Source: Candidatus Methylomirabilis oxygeniifera
GTDB lineage: Bacteria; Methylomirabilota; Methylomirabilia; Methylomirabilales; Methylomirabilaceae
Direction of reading: 5' to 3'
DNA: 32,000 bases
Assembly (NCBI GenBank): GCA_000091165.1
Contig: FP565575.1
Coordinates: 1,410,001-1,442,000 of the forward strand
In this document: piece after piece, positions 29,880 through 32,000 of the stretch
How the letters are laid out: every line of letters starts with the position of its first letter
Position numbering within the stretch: position 1 is the stretch's first letter
Notes under the pieces: generated by a model
Told to the model about the DNA's origin: nothing
The model's database searches: none
What the model saw: the letters and a program-made list of their open reading frames with translations, nothing else
Made by a program: the position numbers and the translations under genes

Positions 29880-30545
29880 TCAGAGCAGGCGGATCAGGGC
29901 AGCCCGGCTCACAATCACAACCCCATGGCGATCAAACGTGATGGCGCCTTCCTTTTCCAGGGCCTTAAAGGCGCGGCCGATCATCTCGCGGGCCGTTCCC
30001 ACAACGGACGCCATCTCCTGTTGCGTGGACTGCTGCTTCAGGCGCAGACCGCCTTGGCCGTCATCTTCGGCCATCTCCAGGAGGTACTTCGCCACACGGC
30101 TGGTCACGCTGCGAAACGACAGGTCCTCGACCTTACGGGTAAAGTAGCGGAGCTTTCCCGTAAACGCCTTGAGAAAGCCGATCGCAATGGCAGGATGCTC
30201 TTCGACCAGGCGCCGCATCGCATCTCGCCGGATACCCCACAGCGCCGCCGGCTCCGCAGCCTGAGCGTTGGCAGGGTTCGGCCCGCCGTCGAAGATCGGG
30301 ACCTCATTGAAACAATCGCCGGCCTCCGCAACCCGAAGGACCTGCTCACGCCCGTCAGGGGACAGCTTAAAGATCTTGACCTTGCCGGATCGAACCACGT
30401 ACATCGCCTCGGCCGGCTCCCCTTCTGTAAACAGGAGTTCTCCCTTCTGCAACTGCACCTCAAAGACGTTGGCCCGGATACCCTCCAACGCTCGCGCATC
30501 GAGGTCCTGGAAATACGGAATCGCCTTCAACTGCTCTGACAGCAT
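29880..30545 (-). CDS. Crp/Fnr-family transcriptional regulator (no Fnr-type Cys cluster)
   Basis: cNMP-binding-like beta-roll (LFTEGEPAEAMYVVRSGKVKIFKLSPDGREQVL) and a C-terminal HTH TQQEMASVVGTAREMIGRAFKAL with a CRP-like R-E-x3-R recognition helix. ATG 30545 is preferred to the track's TTG 30581. Confidence 0.88.
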   Translation of the reverse strand: MLSEQLKAIPYFQDLDARALEGIRANVFEVQLQKGELLFTEGEPAEAMYVVRSGKVKIFKLSPDGREQVLRVAEAGDCFNEVPIFDGGPNPANAQAAEPAALWGIRRDAMRRLVEEHPAIAIGFLKAFTGKLRYFTRKVEDLSFRSVTSRVAKYLLEMAEDDGQGGLRLKQQSTQQEMASVVGTAREMIGRAFKALEKEGAITFDRHGVVIVSRAALIRLL

Positions 30546-30729
30546 GGCCACCCCTGGATGACACAACGAGGGATATCCCAACCACCCGGTATCATTGTAG
30601 AAGGACGAACAGCGCAGGTCAATCGTTCTCCCGATTTGACCTGGAGAGGGTTTTCCGGTAGTTTCGATCCCAACAAAACCATAAGGGAAAAGGGTGGCGG
30701 TCTAAGGAAAAGAACCGAACCTCTCGAAC

Positions 30730-30960
30730 TCAAAAGGTCCCTTCACCTTCAAGGCTTTGACATTGCCACCGAAAAGTAAACGCGATATCAAGCAACTCAC
30801 CCCCCATGACCATTGCCAATCGCATTCCCCGCATCGCTCTCCGGTCGTAGAGTTTCATCGTGTGCGGGCTTTCATGGGCCGCAATGGCCTGTGCACCTTC
30901 AATCGCTCCGGCGTTTAGCAATAAGCCCATAGCTACGGCAAACACCAACGGAAAAAACAT
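30730..30960 (-). pseudogene. tyrosine recombinase (phage-integrase family) C-terminal remnant
   Basis: FAVAMGLLLNAGAIEGAQAIAAHESPHTMKLYDRR aligns by eye with the box II end of integrases (H.FR.TG.T..L..GG.LE.AQ...GH.S..TT..YDRR). The conserved Arg is replaced, an in-frame stop lies immediately upstream, and the tail is unrelated sequence. Confidence 0.5.
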
Positions 30961-31119
30961 CTAGCGCAGCGCATCTAACGCTTTTTTACATGTTCCGTTC
31001 GCCGTGAGCATGTCGAAAAGCTGCGAGAACGCCTCGATCATCCCATCGCGCCGATCATTGTCATCCGTGGGCCGTTTGCTTATCCTTGACGTAACGCATA
31101 CTTTACGCTACGTTGAGTA

Positions 31120-31404
31120 ATGATCGTCAGCTATCGGGACAAGCGCAGCAGAGACTTCGCGGCCGGCAAACGAGTCAAACCCTTCACCGGCTTCGAGCGC
31201 GCGGCGCGCCTGAAGCTCGACCGTCTCGATGTGGCCCTGTCGCTTCAAGACCTTGCCGCTCTGCCCGGTAACCATTTTGAGGCGCTGATGGGCGACCGTC
31301 GAGGCCAATATAGCATCCGCATCAACGACCAATGGCGAATATGCTTCGAATGGCCAGAACGCTCGCCGGGTCCCGTGAACGTAGAAATTGTGGACTACCA
31401 CTAG
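31120..31404 (+). CDS. higB: HigB-like toxin (killer protein family), second copy
   Basis: 94 aa, with LPGNHFEALMGDRRGQYSIRINDQWRICFEW.......VEIVDYH as the canonical HigB signature. It is preceded by TTGACG (31086-31091) and the inverted repeat ACGTAACG / CGCTACGT (31090-31097 / 31106-31113), a possible promoter and operator. Confidence 0.88.
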   Translation: MIVSYRDKRSRDFAAGKRVKPFTGFERAARLKLDRLDVALSLQDLAALPGNHFEALMGDRRGQYSIRINDQWRICFEWPERSPGPVNVEIVDYH

Positions 31405-31416
31405 GAGGCTTTGAAC

Positions 31417-31743
31417 ATGCCGCGCATCCCCATCCATCCCGGTGAGCATCTCGCCGAAGAACTGACAGCGCTCAACATGAGCGCCGCCGAGCTTGCGCGC
31501 CACCTCAGCGTCCCGACCAACCGCATCACCGAGATACTCAACAGCCAGCGCGCTATCACGGGGGACACTGCCCTGCGTCTCGCACATTTCTTTGGGACCA
31601 GCGCGCAGTTTTGGCTGAACCTTCAGGGTCTCTACGAGTTGCGTCTCGCCGAGCAGAAGGTCGGAAAACAGATCAAGGCTCTTCCGACTCTCAAGCACCG
31701 CAAGACCAGGATCGGACCGCTCCACCAACCTGCCCATCTCTGA
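31417..31743 (+). CDS. higA: HigA-family antitoxin (XRE-type HTH), second copy
   Basis: MPRIPIHPGEHLAEEL.ALNMSAAELARHLSVPTNRITEILNSQRAITGDTALRLAHFFGTSAQFWLNLQ is canonical HigA. AGGAGG (31403-31408) lies 8 nt before ATG 31417. The track start at 31411 is TTG, only 2 nt after the SD. Confidence 0.88.
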   Translation: MPRIPIHPGEHLAEELTALNMSAAELARHLSVPTNRITEILNSQRAITGDTALRLAHFFGTSAQFWLNLQGLYELRLAEQKVGKQIKALPTLKHRKTRIGPLHQPAHL

Positions 31744-32000
31744 CCCTACAGTGTCCGTACCCGTTCTAAACCCTCCTCGCATCATGCAGGCTTATTGCAT
31801 CCGGCCGCTACCCGATTTGTATATCTTGTATTTTTGAACCTAAGGTGCAAAACTGCACGGTATGAGATATCTCCAACAGCAACAGGCTGATCGTCTTCGG
31901 CTCCTCATCCGGTCATTCCCAGCCGTGCCCTTCGTCGGCTCCCAACGAGTACGGAAAGAGCGCGCTCATCGGTGAACTCGATCTGTTCTGAGGTTATTAC

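Noticed and set aside
1-32000. Search for tRNA/rRNA genes, CRISPR arrays and long dispersed repeats
   Set aside because: No cloverleaf-like segment, rRNA-like conserved block or regularly spaced direct-repeat array was seen in any intergenic region. The only long repeats are the two peroxidase paralogues.

Overview
High-GC (about 60 % by eye, not computed) bacterial chromosomal window dominated by respiratory and redox genes, with two decayed mobile islands. I cannot assign a taxon.

Gene content, left to right:
- 3'-truncated lysS (-), absent from the ORF track; a hypothetical gene; ctaB and ctaA, the haem O and haem A synthases (-).
- A + strand periplasmic redox cluster: di-haem cytochrome c peroxidase, cupredoxin-like protein, Tat-exported metallophosphoesterase, monohaem cytochrome c, fused SoxY-SoxZ carrier, second peroxidase paralogue.
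- ppdK (-).
- A Rieske / split b6-type cytochrome b / octahaem cytochrome c operon ending in a second cupredoxin paralogue (-).
- An integron remnant: intI pseudogene lacking its middle and carrying an IS3-family element, one AT-rich attC-bounded cassette encoding an EndoIII-like Fe-S glycosylase, then higBA.
- amtB behind a sigma54-type promoter, and a universal stress protein.
- A Crp-type regulator plus a six-gene operon (-): tandem-DUF2249 protein, His-rich 12-TM protein with a three-fold internal repeat, DUF59, Mrp/ApbC, DUF2249-His-rich-hemerythrin fusion.
- A tyrosine-recombinase remnant and a second higBA.

No rRNA, tRNA or CRISPR array was seen.

Best candidates for undescribed biology:
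1. The orphan Sox-like trio (Tat-metallophosphoesterase + SoxA-like cytochrome + fused SoxYZ) bracketed by peroxidase paralogues.
2. The Crp-controlled DUF2249 / 12-TM / Fe-S-carrier / hemerythrin operon.
3. The co-oriented integron remnant with a DNA-glycosylase cassette.

All family assignments rest on motif recognition by eye and need HMM or BLAST confirmation. Many long ORFs in the track are antisense shadows of real genes, as is typical of high-GC DNA.
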